Below, in pieces: positions 30,627 to 40,433 of a DNA stretch of 64,000 nucleotides; the stretch's first letter is position 1; each line of letters starts with the position of its first letter. Position numbers and translations under genes: made by a program. The DNA is taken from positions 124,001 to 188,000 of the IMG/VR virus record IMGVR_UViG_3300023184_000026; one strand, 5' to 3'. Below the pieces are notes generated by a model that did no database searches, had not been told where the DNA came from, and saw nothing but the letters and a program-made list of their open reading frames with translations.

Positions 30627-30797
30627 ATGTTTGACAGAACACACATTATAAAAATATATTTAGGTGGTCAGGCTACACCCATATTAGAGTTTAGTGTAGA
30701 TGCTCAAAGCGTGAAAATAGATGGTCATGCTATTAGAATAGATGGAATGACCCTGAACTTTAGCGAACATCATTATATAGCCATAGAAACGGCGTAG
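30627..30797 (+). CDS. hypothetical protein (56 aa)
   Basis: Hand-translated MFDRTHIIKIYLGG...; preceded by TACTTATA at 30610. Confidence 0.55.
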   Translation: MFDRTHIIKIYLGGQATPILEFSVDAQSVKIDGHAIRIDGMTLNFSEHHYIAIETA

Positions 30798-30802
30798 AAA
30801 CA

Positions 30803-31525
30803 CTAGCGTAGCAAGTCGTAGCTGTCGCTGGTATTCACCATATATGGATGTATAGATTTTAGATGTTTTTCCGTTTTTCGTTTGTCTATATATTCAAACT
30901 TGGCAAATGAGTATAAAAAGATGTTGATGGGATTGCCAGATATGGTAGAACGCAATGCCCAAACCAATAATATTTCTTCATGATTGGGTCCAATTTTGAT
31001 TTGAAACTGCTGCATTCCATAATAATTTCCATAACTACCTTTACCCACATGTAGTTCTGGATATGTGCTGTGTTGATGTGTGCTGATGCTTCTGTGCCAC
31101 GGATCATATGTGGCAGTTACTCCTTTTCTTATATTCAATAAATTAGCAACAAAATTTTCACCATCCATCAAACATGCTTCTGTGAAATACCGATCTATTG
31201 CTGCATCATTGTTTACAAAAATACGTAAATCATCTGGCAGTTGTGATTTCATAACAAACTGCGTATAATGTGCGTTTGTGATTGGATATTGTTGCGTGAC
31301 AGAAAATGGTGCGCTGTTACTTATGATGGATATTGCCTTTGATACATCGTCATAAAAATCTAGATTTTTGTTTATACTGGATATTTGTGGAATGTCAGTT
31401 CCAGTACCAGTTAGTATTGTATATAATACATCATCTTTATCTTTTTTGTTCATGTCTGCGGTCATGCATATGAACATATATTGTTTACAAACAAAGTCAA
31501 AGCATAATAAGTTCATGCTTGACAT
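30803..31525 (-). CDS. hypothetical protein (true start likely ~55-75 nt inside)
   Basis: Only long ORF in the interval. Confidence 0.6.
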   Translation of the reverse strand: MSSMNLLCFDFVCKQYMFICMTADMNKKDKDDVLYTILTGTGTDIPQISSINKNLDFYDDVSKAISIISNSAPFSVTQQYPITNAHYTQFVMKSQLPDDLRIFVNNDAAIDRYFTEACLMDGENFVANLLNIRKGVTATYDPWHRSISTHQHSTYPELHVGKGSYGNYYGMQQFQIKIGPNHEEILLVWALRSTISGNPINIFLYSFAKFEYIDKRKTEKHLKSIHPYMVNTSDSYDLLR

Positions 31526-31556
31526 TCTATAAAAAGTAGTTCATTGTGTATCACAA

Positions 31557-31880
31557 ATGAAAAACGAATTTCTAAAAACATCACTGGAAAATCTTGGCTT
31601 CAAGCAAGGAACACGCGACAAAAATAACTATTATGAAGACATTGGCACACCTGTGACTGGTTTGGTTTATTTAACTCGCAAACATGAAAACCAACATCAA
31701 TATGTTTCATTGTGTTCATATGAAAATGAATTTGTTGAAGCAGTTGTGAATGTATATCAAAATGTATATAACAGCCGTGCCAAAGTTCAACAAAGTCCGT
31801 TACATGCTACATTATATCGCACACTGGAAGATGTAGTTGCGGCAGTAAATAAAGTTTATGAATTGCCAAAGAAATCTTGA
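31557..31880 (+). CDS. hypothetical protein
   Basis: Preceded by a TTGACA promoter at 31519. Confidence 0.6.
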   Translation: MKNEFLKTSLENLGFKQGTRDKNNYYEDIGTPVTGLVYLTRKHENQHQYVSLCSYENEFVEAVVNVYQNVYNSRAKVQQSPLHATLYRTLEDVVAAVNKVYELPKKS

Positions 31881-31913
31881 CTTTCTTCGAGCGGATCTTC
31901 AGTGTAGATTATT

Positions 31914-32216
31914 ATGAAATCAAAAAATAATAAAAAAGACAAGATCGTGAATTTTATTCTAGAACACCAGACCGAGGAGCAGCAAGAAACGATTTTGATT
32001 GATGGACATGAGAGTGCGTTTATTGGTTACACTCCCACCGCCGACGGTTTGTCTGCGGTATATTCATTCGACAAGATTATTGATTGTCTAATGAAAGATG
32101 GTATGACTTATGACGAAGCGGATGAATTTTACTGCTATAACATAGAGCGCGGCATTGCTTATATAGCAGGTGCAGTTAAGCCGACGATTTTTTATCCATA
32201 TGAAAATAAATCTTGA
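31914..32216 (+). CDS. conserved phage hypothetical protein
   Basis: DGHESAFIG..AVYS..KII..LMKDGMTYDEA.EF..YNI pattern. Confidence 0.6.
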   Translation: MKSKNNKKDKIVNFILEHQTEEQQETILIDGHESAFIGYTPTADGLSAVYSFDKIIDCLMKDGMTYDEADEFYCYNIERGIAYIAGAVKPTIFYPYENKS

Positions 32217-32247
32217 CTTATTATAAAAATCTGCTACTCTATATTCA

Positions 32248-33339
32248 ATGAAAACACTTCCAACATTATTCAGTCGCACATCAACTGGCGCAATTCAAAC
32301 TTGGCAAATGATTGTTGATGGCAACAAGTATTATAGCATCACTGGTCAACAGGATGGTAAAAAAATTGAAAATGAACCTACTGTTTGTGAAGGCAAGAAT
32401 ATTGGTAAAAAGAATGAAACCAGTCCATCTGAACAAGCATATAGTGAAGCACAAGCAAAATGGAATAAAAAATCCAAGACTGGATATACAACTGATGTGA
32501 AGAAAATTGACTCTTGTATAACCTACACGGAACCAATGTTAGCCAAGAATTTTGAAGATGTGGATTTTTCGTTTCCTGTTCACACTCAACCAAAGTTGGA
32601 TGGTATGCGTTGTATTGTTCGCAAAGATGGTATGTGGAGCCGAACGGGAAAGAAAATTTCTTCAGCACCTCATATCTATAATGCCTTGAAGCATCTTTTC
32701 GAGGAAGACCCCTCGTTGATTTTCGACGGGGAAATTTTCTGCGATAAGTTCAAGAACGATTTCAACAGCATCATCAGCCTTGCCAAGCAAACCAAACCGA
32801 CCAAAGAAGATTTGGATAAGAGCGAAGTATCGTTGCAATATTGGGTCTATGATTTACCCAGCAGCGAACTGGTATTCAGCAAACGAAATGCCGAACTCAA
32901 AAAGCTACTTCCCAAACACAATTCTATTGTGATGGTGGATACTGCATTGGTCAATGACCAAGAAGAACTTGATGCGAAATATCAAGAATATCTCACAGAC
33001 GGACAGGAGGGGCAGATGATTCGCACAGATGATGTGTATGAGGGAAAACGTAGCAAATTCTTACTCAAGAGAAAAGAGTTTGTTGATGATGAATTTAAGA
33101 TTCTGGACATTACAGAGGGTAAAGGAAATCGTTCTGGGATGTTTGGGCGTGCTCGTTTAGTGACTTCCAGTGGAATTGAATTTGAAGCAAATGCTCGCGG
33201 CAACGAACAATTTTATATTGATTTGCTAAAGAACAAGAAGAATTATATCGGAGAAATGGCAACTGTTCGCTATCAGAATATGACTCCAGATGGCAAGCCT
33301 CGGTTCGGGGTTATTGTGGCGATTCGTAATTACGATTAA
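32248..33339 (+). CDS. lig: ATP-dependent DNA ligase
   Basis: QPKLDGMRC (KxDG), FDGEI, WVYD, EGQMIR, LLKRK, OB-fold ATVRYQ..TPDGKPRF. Confidence 0.92.
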   Translation: MKTLPTLFSRTSTGAIQTWQMIVDGNKYYSITGQQDGKKIENEPTVCEGKNIGKKNETSPSEQAYSEAQAKWNKKSKTGYTTDVKKIDSCITYTEPMLAKNFEDVDFSFPVHTQPKLDGMRCIVRKDGMWSRTGKKISSAPHIYNALKHLFEEDPSLIFDGEIFCDKFKNDFNSIISLAKQTKPTKEDLDKSEVSLQYWVYDLPSSELVFSKRNAELKKLLPKHNSIVMVDTALVNDQEELDAKYQEYLTDGQEGQMIRTDDVYEGKRSKFLLKRKEFVDDEFKILDITEGKGNRSGMFGRARLVTSSGIEFEANARGNEQFYIDLLKNKKNYIGEMATVRYQNMTPDGKPRFGVIVAIRNYD

Positions 33340-33345
33340 AATTTT

Positions 33346-33558
33346 ATGAAAGCAACACTTGAATATAATCTACCCGAAGACACACAAGAACATTTGCGTG
33401 CTGTTCAATCTAATCATGCTTGGAGTGCATTATATGACATTGATAATATGCTTCGCAATCTATTGAAGCATGGTGATGATCGTTATAAAACATCAGAAGA
33501 ACTTGCTACTGCTATTCGTTTTGAAGTAAGATGTGCTCTTGACAAGATTGAAGAATAA
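33346..33558 (+). CDS. conserved phage hypothetical protein
   Basis: MKATLEYNLPED pattern. Confidence 0.6.
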   Translation: MKATLEYNLPEDTQEHLRAVQSNHAWSALYDIDNMLRNLLKHGDDRYKTSEELATAIRFEVRCALDKIEE

Positions 33559-33602
33559 AAACGTCTTGACATAGTATAAAAAGTAGTCATAGTATATTCT
33601 TT

Positions 33603-33950
33603 ATGAAAAACTCAAAAGCAACTGACACAATAAAATTTCTATCTATTCATAACTCTTGGAGGCGAGGTGATGAAACAGTTGAAATGCAAAATCCAACAGA
33701 TATTGGTGCTGCTATAGATGATGCTATAGATCTACTTAGTAAATATGATGAGTTGGAAACAGAAGTGCATGAACAATGTGTATTGAACGGAAAGGGTGCC
33801 GAACGTGAAGCAGCTTTGCTTGGCAAAGTTGAACGTCTTGAGAAGGACAATGCTATCTTGCAGAAAAAGTATAACATTTTGTTCCAGTATATGACAGATG
33901 CGAATGTTGAAATGCATAAGGCAATACTGGACGCACTTGAGGTTGATTAG
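33603..33950 (+). CDS. hypothetical protein
   Basis: Preceded by a TTGACA promoter at 33566. Confidence 0.6.
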   Translation: MKNSKATDTIKFLSIHNSWRRGDETVEMQNPTDIGAAIDDAIDLLSKYDELETEVHEQCVLNGKGAEREAALLGKVERLEKDNAILQKKYNILFQYMTDANVEMHKAILDALEVD

Positions 33951-34000
33951 TAGAAACATATTGACATTTTAATGAAAAGTCGTCATGTTATCAACATACA

Positions 34001-34174
34001 ATGAATAACATAGAATACTTGACCAGTGGATACTTTGACAACGCTGTTGAACGAGGATACAACGGTGTTGGATGGTATTTTTGGGACGAAGCAGATGGTC
34101 AATATTGTTATGGACCATACAACACAAAAGAGCTTGCTATTGAACAAATGAAACAGTATTATAGTACATTATGA
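34001..34174 (+). CDS. hypothetical protein (57 aa)
   Basis: Hand-translated MNNIEY..GWYFWDE..GPYNT; promoter at 33961; ATGA-coupled to the next gene. Confidence 0.55.
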   Translation: MNNIEYLTSGYFDNAVERGYNGVGWYFWDEADGQYCYGPYNTKELAIEQMKQYYSTL

Positions 34175-34512
34175 AAACATATTTTTGTTATTTAAATTAT
34201 TTCGCGACGGGCGAAGGTATGACAAATGCTATGGCCGTTGCGTATGCAGAAAATGAAGAAGATGCTAAAAAAGCATTTATTCTTAAGCATGTATGCAATG
34301 TATTCATAAACGAAAAACATACACAAAACTGTGTGAATTATTTTTCACACGGAGTTGTTGTTTATGATATAAATGATGAAACCCAACACACCAAAATAAA
34401 AAATATAATGAAGGACTTTTTCACAGAAAATAATATTGAATATATGCTTCATGCCAATAAAGCAGGAGCATTGATTGACTTTTATTATAAATCATACGCA
34501 AATTATAGTTAA
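34171..34512 (+). CDS. hypothetical protein
   Basis: ATGA-coupled ORF. Confidence 0.6.
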   Translation: MKTYFCYLNYFATGEGMTNAMAVAYAENEEDAKKAFILKHVCNVFINEKHTQNCVNYFSHGVVVYDINDETQHTKIKNIMKDFFTENNIEYMLHANKAGALIDFYYKSYANYS

Positions 34513-34535
34513 TTTTTATTGAAAAATCAAAGTTT

Positions 34536-37500
34536 ATGTCTAATAAAAAAATACACGAATGTATCAAAATTTTTAATATGAATAATATTCGCTTAATATA
34601 TCTATTGCTAATTTTTGCATCAAACTCCGTAGCTGCAACAGTGTCGGGAAATTTTCCGGCATCTACCATTCCTGCCGGAAATGTGGTGTCCTTAATTAAT
34701 CGGATGTATGTATATACAGCCGTGGTAGGCTCTGATAACAAGATTGTATTTACAAATGTTGAGGTTGGTCAATATACAATTCAATTATCGGCTCTGAGTG
34801 GATATACATTGAGCCAACCAATAACGACCACAGTTTCTTCAATGTCTGACAATGTTTTACTGGGCAACATGGCGGTCCAAAAGTACACTGTCGCTGGCAG
34901 TAGTTATAGTTATATATGGGCACAAGACCAAACATATGCGGGAACCGAGGCTGCTTCAAACGTCGTTGCTCCCACAGTCGTAAATATACTGGGTAAAGGA
35001 TATCAAATGTCTGATATCAGTTATGCCGGTCGTTTGAGTGACATATATAATATTACATTGGTTGATTCCATTCAACCTTGGGATTCTGAACGAGCTTATC
35101 GGCTATTTGCTACGCTTGATAGCATTCCTTATATTGACAAATCCCCGTATAGATTTAATGCAACAGCAACTCCGACGATTTGGAAATTAACCTCAGAATA
35201 TCTGGATAGTGATATAAAAATTGAAACAATTGGCGGAGTAAAGACCGTTACGATTGCATCTTCTGCATTTACTTACTCGGCTCCATTTGTTGCTCAAATT
35301 GAAAACAAGAAAGGACTGTACTTTTCCAAGAGGCTACACCACGCAGCACTTCTGTTCGTCACTGATGGCGGAACGGACAGTGTTGTAATAGATACGATTT
35401 TACAAACAAGATTTGGGGTAACTACTAAAATTCCCGATCATTTGACTCTTACGGGTGAACTTGCCGGAAGGTTCCAGCAATTCCGTCCAACCGAACTGCT
35501 CCAATTAATAAACACGTTTGAGGAATTACCGGAGGGATTTCATGTAATACCTATATTGAAGTATTTGGTACGAAGACTGGATGGTACGATTAATATCAAA
35601 TACCCAGAAGCTATGGCTATAGCGCATTCGTCGGGATATATAGAATTCATGGAAAAGGCTTTCGCGGGATACAACGAGATTGAAGTGCAGCGTGTTATTC
35701 TTCACGAGAAAGGGCATTTTATATATGGCTCGGTTATTTCTTCAGAAGTTCGAGATGCTTGGATAAAATTGGGAGGATGGTATAGAGAATCAAACGGCAC
35801 TTGGACAACAACCAAAACAACAGAGTTTGTGAGTGCATACTCTCATGCAAAAAATCCAGATGAAGATTTTGCAGAGACTGTAGCGGCATTTATCACCAAT
35901 CCGGATATTCTTAAATCTAGATCAATTCAAAAATACGAGTTTTTTAGAGACGCCATCATGTTTGGAAATAGTTATATTTCCCAAATCAGATCAGACCTTA
36001 CGTTTCAAGTATTTAATCTATTCCCCAATTATAATTATCCCGGAAAAATAAAACGAGTGCAGATCTCTGTTACCGGTGCTTCCAACGAAGATAAAACCGT
36101 AACATGTGAAATAGAAATCCAACCAGTTGGCATCAAGGATAACCCAGTACAGGTTATAAGCATGCGAGTTTTCGGTCCTAAAACAAAAGAATTGCCAATT
36201 GCCCCATATTTCGATTGGAATTTATATACAACATCCAATGGGTCAAATATTTTTAAAAGTTCATATACTATTTCAAAGCACTATCGTAGTGGATTTTGGG
36301 CTCCGGAACAGATTGTAATCACCGATTCTGTAAATAATCAACGATATGAAAGAGCCGTGCTTTATGGTTGGAAATGTTATATTGACAACCCATTGCAAGA
36401 TCTTGAAATTCCAAAATATGTCTCCAACAGTGCGAAAATGTCTGTCATCCCCAAAACAGTCAATGGTCGTCAAGTCCAAATTCTTTCAGTGGATTGGAAT
36501 GTTTCCGACGATATCGGACTTGAATCTTATTCAAGTGCCGTAAAACCGCCCGGCGACGGTTATACTATATATTCTTGGGGAACTTCTTTCTATGGGAACG
36601 GCGTAGCCCACACAGAATATATCATACCCGATTTTTTTCCATCCGGAGTTTATAAAGTACCTCAGTTTTTACTGAAAGATTATGGTGGAAACATAATATA
36701 TCCGTATTTCACAAATGGTGGGGGTGGTGCGGGTGGCGATGGAATTGGTATAAAAATAGACGAACCCAGTCCATCTATAACCATTACAACGCCATACCCA
36801 GACATTGAGCCACCGGAACTTGATCTAAATCGTATCACTCTTGCTGCTACACCAACTGTTCCGGATGCACCGAATGGAGAAACTCAAGTAACTATTACTT
36901 ATATGGTAAGAGACAATAGATCTGGCTTGGGAACTGTGTGGTTTAGATTGCGCGATCCACAGGGTATTGAACATTTTTATTATCATTTACACGAAAATTT
37001 TTATGAAACTTTTTTCAACGGAGATCCAACTGTTTGGAAGCAGTATAAAGTGACTGTTCTTCTGCCCATTGGTTCTGTTGCGGGAATGTGGGGACTTTCT
37101 AGCATGAATTTGGTGGATAAAGCAATGAACTCAAAATCATATTCGTTTGTTGAAACTATTAGATTCAACCCATATGTTATAACGGCATTTCCAGAATTTT
37201 CGGTTCAGCCAATATCTCAAACATCAACCGTAGCTGGTAATAACGTAACGTTTTCAACATCCGCCGCTGGAAGTCCAATCTATCAGTGGTATTTCAATGG
37301 CTCGCCAATATCCGGAGCAACCAATTCCATATACACCATAGTAAATGCTCAACCGAATTCGGTGGGAAACTATTGGGCAATTGCCACTAATAGCTCCGGC
37401 AGCATGAAGTCTTCCATTGCATCATACTCCATTGTTCAGACCGGAAACAGTGCAACTCATGTTTCTGTTGGCGATGGATACGTATCTGGTTTACCAATTA

Positions 37501-38159
37501 CAATTAAAAGTACGATATATTATACAGGAATAGCAACCGCCTTAAACATGGCAGTTTTACTTCCCGACGGATGGGGGTTTGTAGCATCATCGGGTGCCGT
37601 GGGCGAGCAGGGGCCAAAAATGTCACAGGCTGGTTATTTGGAGTGGATATGGACAAACATTCCCGCAAGTCCAGTGACGTTCACTTATACGATAATGGCC
37701 CCGCCGTCTGTTTCCGGACATCAAGAGTTCGTGGCGATAGTGGGTATTGAAAATGGATCTAGTATGAAGATTCTTGCCAACCCAGATCCACTTGTTATAT
37801 TGAAAAAATCACTACCCGAACAATCTATTCATTCCGCCGATTCTAATAAAGATTATAGAATAAGTTTAACGGAGCTTACGCGAGTTATAGAATTGTATAA
37901 CTGTCGCAATGGTTCAATTAGAACAGGAGCATATAATAACAAAAGCGGCACAGAAGATGGGTTTGAACCCGATAACACTCGCAATTCGGCAATTATTATG
38001 CCATATTATCATTCAGCGGACTCTAATAAGGATGGCAAGATTGGTTTAATGGAACTCACAAGAATTATTGAATTATACAACTATCGTGTAGGTTTAGTTC
38101 GCACAGGACAATACAGGGTGCAGTATGGCACAGAAGATGGATTTGCAACCGGACCATAA
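34536..38159 (+). CDS. secreted-type Zn-metallopeptidase (HExxH) with Ig-like domain and duplicated EF-hand/dockerin-like C-terminal repeat
   Basis: Signal peptide from Met at 34578; ILHEKGH; SAYSHAKNPDEDFAE; QPISQT..YQWYFNG..Y Ig domain; two HSADSNKD..I.L.ELTR.IELYN repeats. Confidence 0.75.
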   Translation: MSNKKIHECIKIFNMNNIRLIYLLLIFASNSVAATVSGNFPASTIPAGNVVSLINRMYVYTAVVGSDNKIVFTNVEVGQYTIQLSALSGYTLSQPITTTVSSMSDNVLLGNMAVQKYTVAGSSYSYIWAQDQTYAGTEAASNVVAPTVVNILGKGYQMSDISYAGRLSDIYNITLVDSIQPWDSERAYRLFATLDSIPYIDKSPYRFNATATPTIWKLTSEYLDSDIKIETIGGVKTVTIASSAFTYSAPFVAQIENKKGLYFSKRLHHAALLFVTDGGTDSVVIDTILQTRFGVTTKIPDHLTLTGELAGRFQQFRPTELLQLINTFEELPEGFHVIPILKYLVRRLDGTINIKYPEAMAIAHSSGYIEFMEKAFAGYNEIEVQRVILHEKGHFIYGSVISSEVRDAWIKLGGWYRESNGTWTTTKTTEFVSAYSHAKNPDEDFAETVAAFITNPDILKSRSIQKYEFFRDAIMFGNSYISQIRSDLTFQVFNLFPNYNYPGKIKRVQISVTGASNEDKTVTCEIEIQPVGIKDNPVQVISMRVFGPKTKELPIAPYFDWNLYTTSNGSNIFKSSYTISKHYRSGFWAPEQIVITDSVNNQRYERAVLYGWKCYIDNPLQDLEIPKYVSNSAKMSVIPKTVNGRQVQILSVDWNVSDDIGLESYSSAVKPPGDGYTIYSWGTSFYGNGVAHTEYIIPDFFPSGVYKVPQFLLKDYGGNIIYPYFTNGGGGAGGDGIGIKIDEPSPSITITTPYPDIEPPELDLNRITLAATPTVPDAPNGETQVTITYMVRDNRSGLGTVWFRLRDPQGIEHFYYHLHENFYETFFNGDPTVWKQYKVTVLLPIGSVAGMWGLSSMNLVDKAMNSKSYSFVETIRFNPYVITAFPEFSVQPISQTSTVAGNNVTFSTSAAGSPIYQWYFNGSPISGATNSIYTIVNAQPNSVGNYWAIATNSSGSMKSSIASYSIVQTGNSATHVSVGDGYVSGLPITIKSTIYYTGIATALNMAVLLPDGWGFVASSGAVGEQGPKMSQAGYLEWIWTNIPASPVTFTYTIMAPPSVSGHQEFVAIVGIENGSSMKILANPDPLVILKKSLPEQSIHSADSNKDYRISLTELTRVIELYNCRNGSIRTGAYNNKSGTEDGFEPDNTRNSAIIMPYYHSADSNKDGKIGLMELTRIIELYNYRVGLVRTGQYRVQYGTEDGFATGP

Positions 38160-38245
38160 TCCGATGTGTGATAATATCAAATAAAAATATATGCCAACGC
38201 ACATAAACTTCTTGACATTTATAATCCACAGTCTATTATTACAAC

Positions 38246-38548
38246 ATGAAACAAAAAATAACTATGCAGCAAGATAAGATTGACGATATCATGGACAATT
38301 TTGACTTTAGTAAAGTTGAAACAGTCATGAAAGCAACCAACTGGACATGGGCATCTACAAATGGTGTTCCAGCTGAACATGAACTACGCAAACAAGCCAG
38401 AGAACTTTTAAAAAGTGTATGCCGACATTATGTATCAGAACTTGGTTTTAGATATTCTATTTCTACTGGTGGATTCAAAGCAACCAAATATTATGATGGT
38501 GAACTTGAACTTGAGTTCATTATGTCCAAATGGGATACTGGTGATTAA
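38246..38548 (+). CDS. conserved phage hypothetical protein
   Basis: IMDNFDFSKV..MKATNWTW; STGGF; promoter at 38212. Confidence 0.6.
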   Translation: MKQKITMQQDKIDDIMDNFDFSKVETVMKATNWTWASTNGVPAEHELRKQARELLKSVCRHYVSELGFRYSISTGGFKATKYYDGELELEFIMSKWDTGD

Positions 38549-38558
38549 TATATAATAT

Positions 38559-38999
38559 ATGAACAAACACAAAGTTTATATCACTTATACATCTAAAGAT
38601 AATAAAGAAGAAATTTATTTTGATGAAGACGAAGCAATACTTCAATTATTATCAGATGGAATATTGTTTTCCAATTTTCGCACATATAGTAGTGATGATA
38701 AAAAACTAGCCAATGATGGCAAAACAATTGTATTGTTCATGATCTGCAATGATGTATTTGCTTGGTCTTGTGCTGATGCAGAAGATGTATCCAGCACAGA
38801 AGATCTAAAAAGCCTATATGATTATTGTGAAAAATATGGAGCGTGGGAAGGTTCAGCAATCTGGGTATGTATGAAACGTAAACAAAAACCGCAAAGACCT
38901 GTTGTAAAAATGCTAAAAGACAAAAATGCTTGGCCAATTGAACTTGATACATTGCAAGACAATAGATATGACACATTCTATAATATAGATAAAATATAA
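38559..38999 (+). CDS. hypothetical protein
   Basis: ORF tiles with neighbours. Confidence 0.6.
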   Translation: MNKHKVYITYTSKDNKEEIYFDEDEAILQLLSDGILFSNFRTYSSDDKKLANDGKTIVLFMICNDVFAWSCADAEDVSSTEDLKSLYDYCEKYGAWEGSAIWVCMKRKQKPQRPVVKMLKDKNAWPIELDTLQDNRYDTFYNIDKI

Positions 39000-39041
39000 T
39001 ATATACTTTTTATAATATAGTTCCATATATTTATATAATAT

Positions 39042-39227
39042 ATGGAAAACAGAGAATATCCTTTACTTTTTATAGATTATACCATAACTGTTGCTGTACC
39101 AGGAGTTATTATGTTTGACCCCGAAATTAACCCAGATCATATGTGTGTAAAAGACGGCGATATATTCAAAGTAATTATAAAAGACGGTAGAATATGTTTT
39201 CATGGAGTAAGTAGAAAAACAACATAA
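39042..39227 (+). CDS. hypothetical protein
   Basis: Preceded by TATTTATA at 39028. Confidence 0.55.
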   Translation: MENREYPLLFIDYTITVAVPGVIMFDPEINPDHMCVKDGDIFKVIIKDGRICFHGVSRKTT

Positions 39228-39234
39228 CAAAAAA

Positions 39235-39459
39235 ATGGTTACATCAAATAAAATTCCAAGTAAAAAGTCCGCTATAATAAAAGAAATAAAGGGAGATATT
39301 GGATTTGTATGTAGATTGCGTGAAATGGGATTTGGCGAAAGTATGACCATAACCAAAGTAAGTGATGACGCACATCGTTGTGTGATTATAAATTTAAAAG
39401 GTCACAAAATTTACTTGTCGGAAGCAGCAGCAGAGTGTATATTTGTTGAACTTGCATGA
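39235..39459 (+). CDS. feoA: FeoA-like SH3 domain protein
   Basis: AIIKEIKG...RLREMGFGESMTITKV..VIINLKG.KI.LS.AAA..IFV. Confidence 0.75.
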   Translation: MVTSNKIPSKKSAIIKEIKGDIGFVCRLREMGFGESMTITKVSDDAHRCVIINLKGHKIYLSEAAAECIFVELA

Positions 39460-39707
39460 TACAAATATTAGCCATATATTTTGCCACACTGGTTGTGGCT
39501 TGTGCAGTTAATTTTCAATATAGAAATGCTATAAAAGGCGACTATTTTGCCATTGGTTTAACTTCATGTTTGATTGGGTCTATAAATTTATTTATGTTGA
39601 AAACGATTCCACATGTAACACATATATCAGAAGGACTGGCTTATATACTTGGTGGAGCAACTGGAGCGGTTGGAGCCAATTATCTACACAAAAGATTTTT
39701 TAAATGA
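39456..39707 (+). CDS. small membrane protein
   Basis: Three hydrophobic segments; AYILGGATG. Confidence 0.6.
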   Translation: MIQILAIYFATLVVACAVNFQYRNAIKGDYFAIGLTSCLIGSINLFMLKTIPHVTHISEGLAYILGGATGAVGANYLHKRFFK

Positions 39708-39952
39708 AAGCACATATACCAGTTGAGCTGGGTAATCAACTACATAGTCAGATTAATAATCGGCCACTTAATCAGCTATGTGATCAGCTATATAGTCAGT
39801 TTAATATTAAGATTAATACTCAACTTAATAATCAGCTATATAATCTGTTTTATATTCAGTTGTCTGATCAACTATATAATCAGCTTGATAATCAGATATA
39901 TAGACAGCTATGTCTTCAGCTATATAATCAGCGACTTAATCAACTAAAATGA
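39704..39952 (+). CDS. xQLx tetrad-repeat protein 1
   Basis: About 18 units of the 12-nt consensus AATCAGCTATAT; leader MKAHIPVELG. Confidence 0.7.
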   Translation: MKAHIPVELGNQLHSQINNRPLNQLCDQLYSQFNIKINTQLNNQLYNLFYIQLSDQLYNQLDNQIYRQLCLQLYNQRLNQLK

Positions 39953-40173
39953 AATCATATAAAAAAGTAGATTTGGGTGTTGAAATACACACCAAACTAT
40001 ATAATCAGATTAATAATCATCTATATAATCATATATATAATCAGAAAGAAAGTCAGCTAGGTAGTCAGATAGATAATCAGCTAGTTAATCAGATACGTAA
40101 TCAGCTTGGCAATCAACTTAGTAATCAAATTGGTAATGAGCTACATAATCAACTTCGTAATCAACTAAAATGA
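39949..40173 (+). CDS. xQLx tetrad-repeat protein 2
   Basis: Same repeat; leader MKSYKKVDLG; ATGA-coupled. Confidence 0.7.
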   Translation: MKSYKKVDLGVEIHTKLYNQINNHLYNHIYNQKESQLGSQIDNQLVNQIRNQLGNQLSNQIGNELHNQLRNQLK

Positions 40174-40406
40174 AAGCACATAAACAAGTAGATTTGGGTA
40201 AACCAATTTATATTCAGCTAGTTAATCAAAAAGTAAAGTTGGGTAACACAATTTATATTCAGCTAGAAGATCAGCTAGATAATCAGCTATGTCTTCAGCT
40301 ATATAATAACCTAGCTAATCAACTATATCTTCAGCTATATAATAACCTAGCTATTCAGCTAAAAATTAAAAAGATTTATCTCGACAATCGGTATAAAAAA
40401 GTATAG
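40170..40406 (+). CDS. xQLx tetrad-repeat protein 3
   Basis: Same repeat; leader MKAHKQVDLG; ATGA-coupled. Confidence 0.7.
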   Translation: MKAHKQVDLGKPIYIQLVNQKVKLGNTIYIQLEDQLDNQLCLQLYNNLANQLYLQLYNNLAIQLKIKKIYLDNRYKKV

Positions 40407-40433
40407 TGTATTTCTCTAACATAAAAAACTATT

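Noticed and set aside
39723-39947. Hydrophobic ISYI-repeat ORF in the +1 frame
   Set aside because: Stop-free by-product of the 12-nt repeat; lacks the shared leader and ATGA coupling of the QL frame
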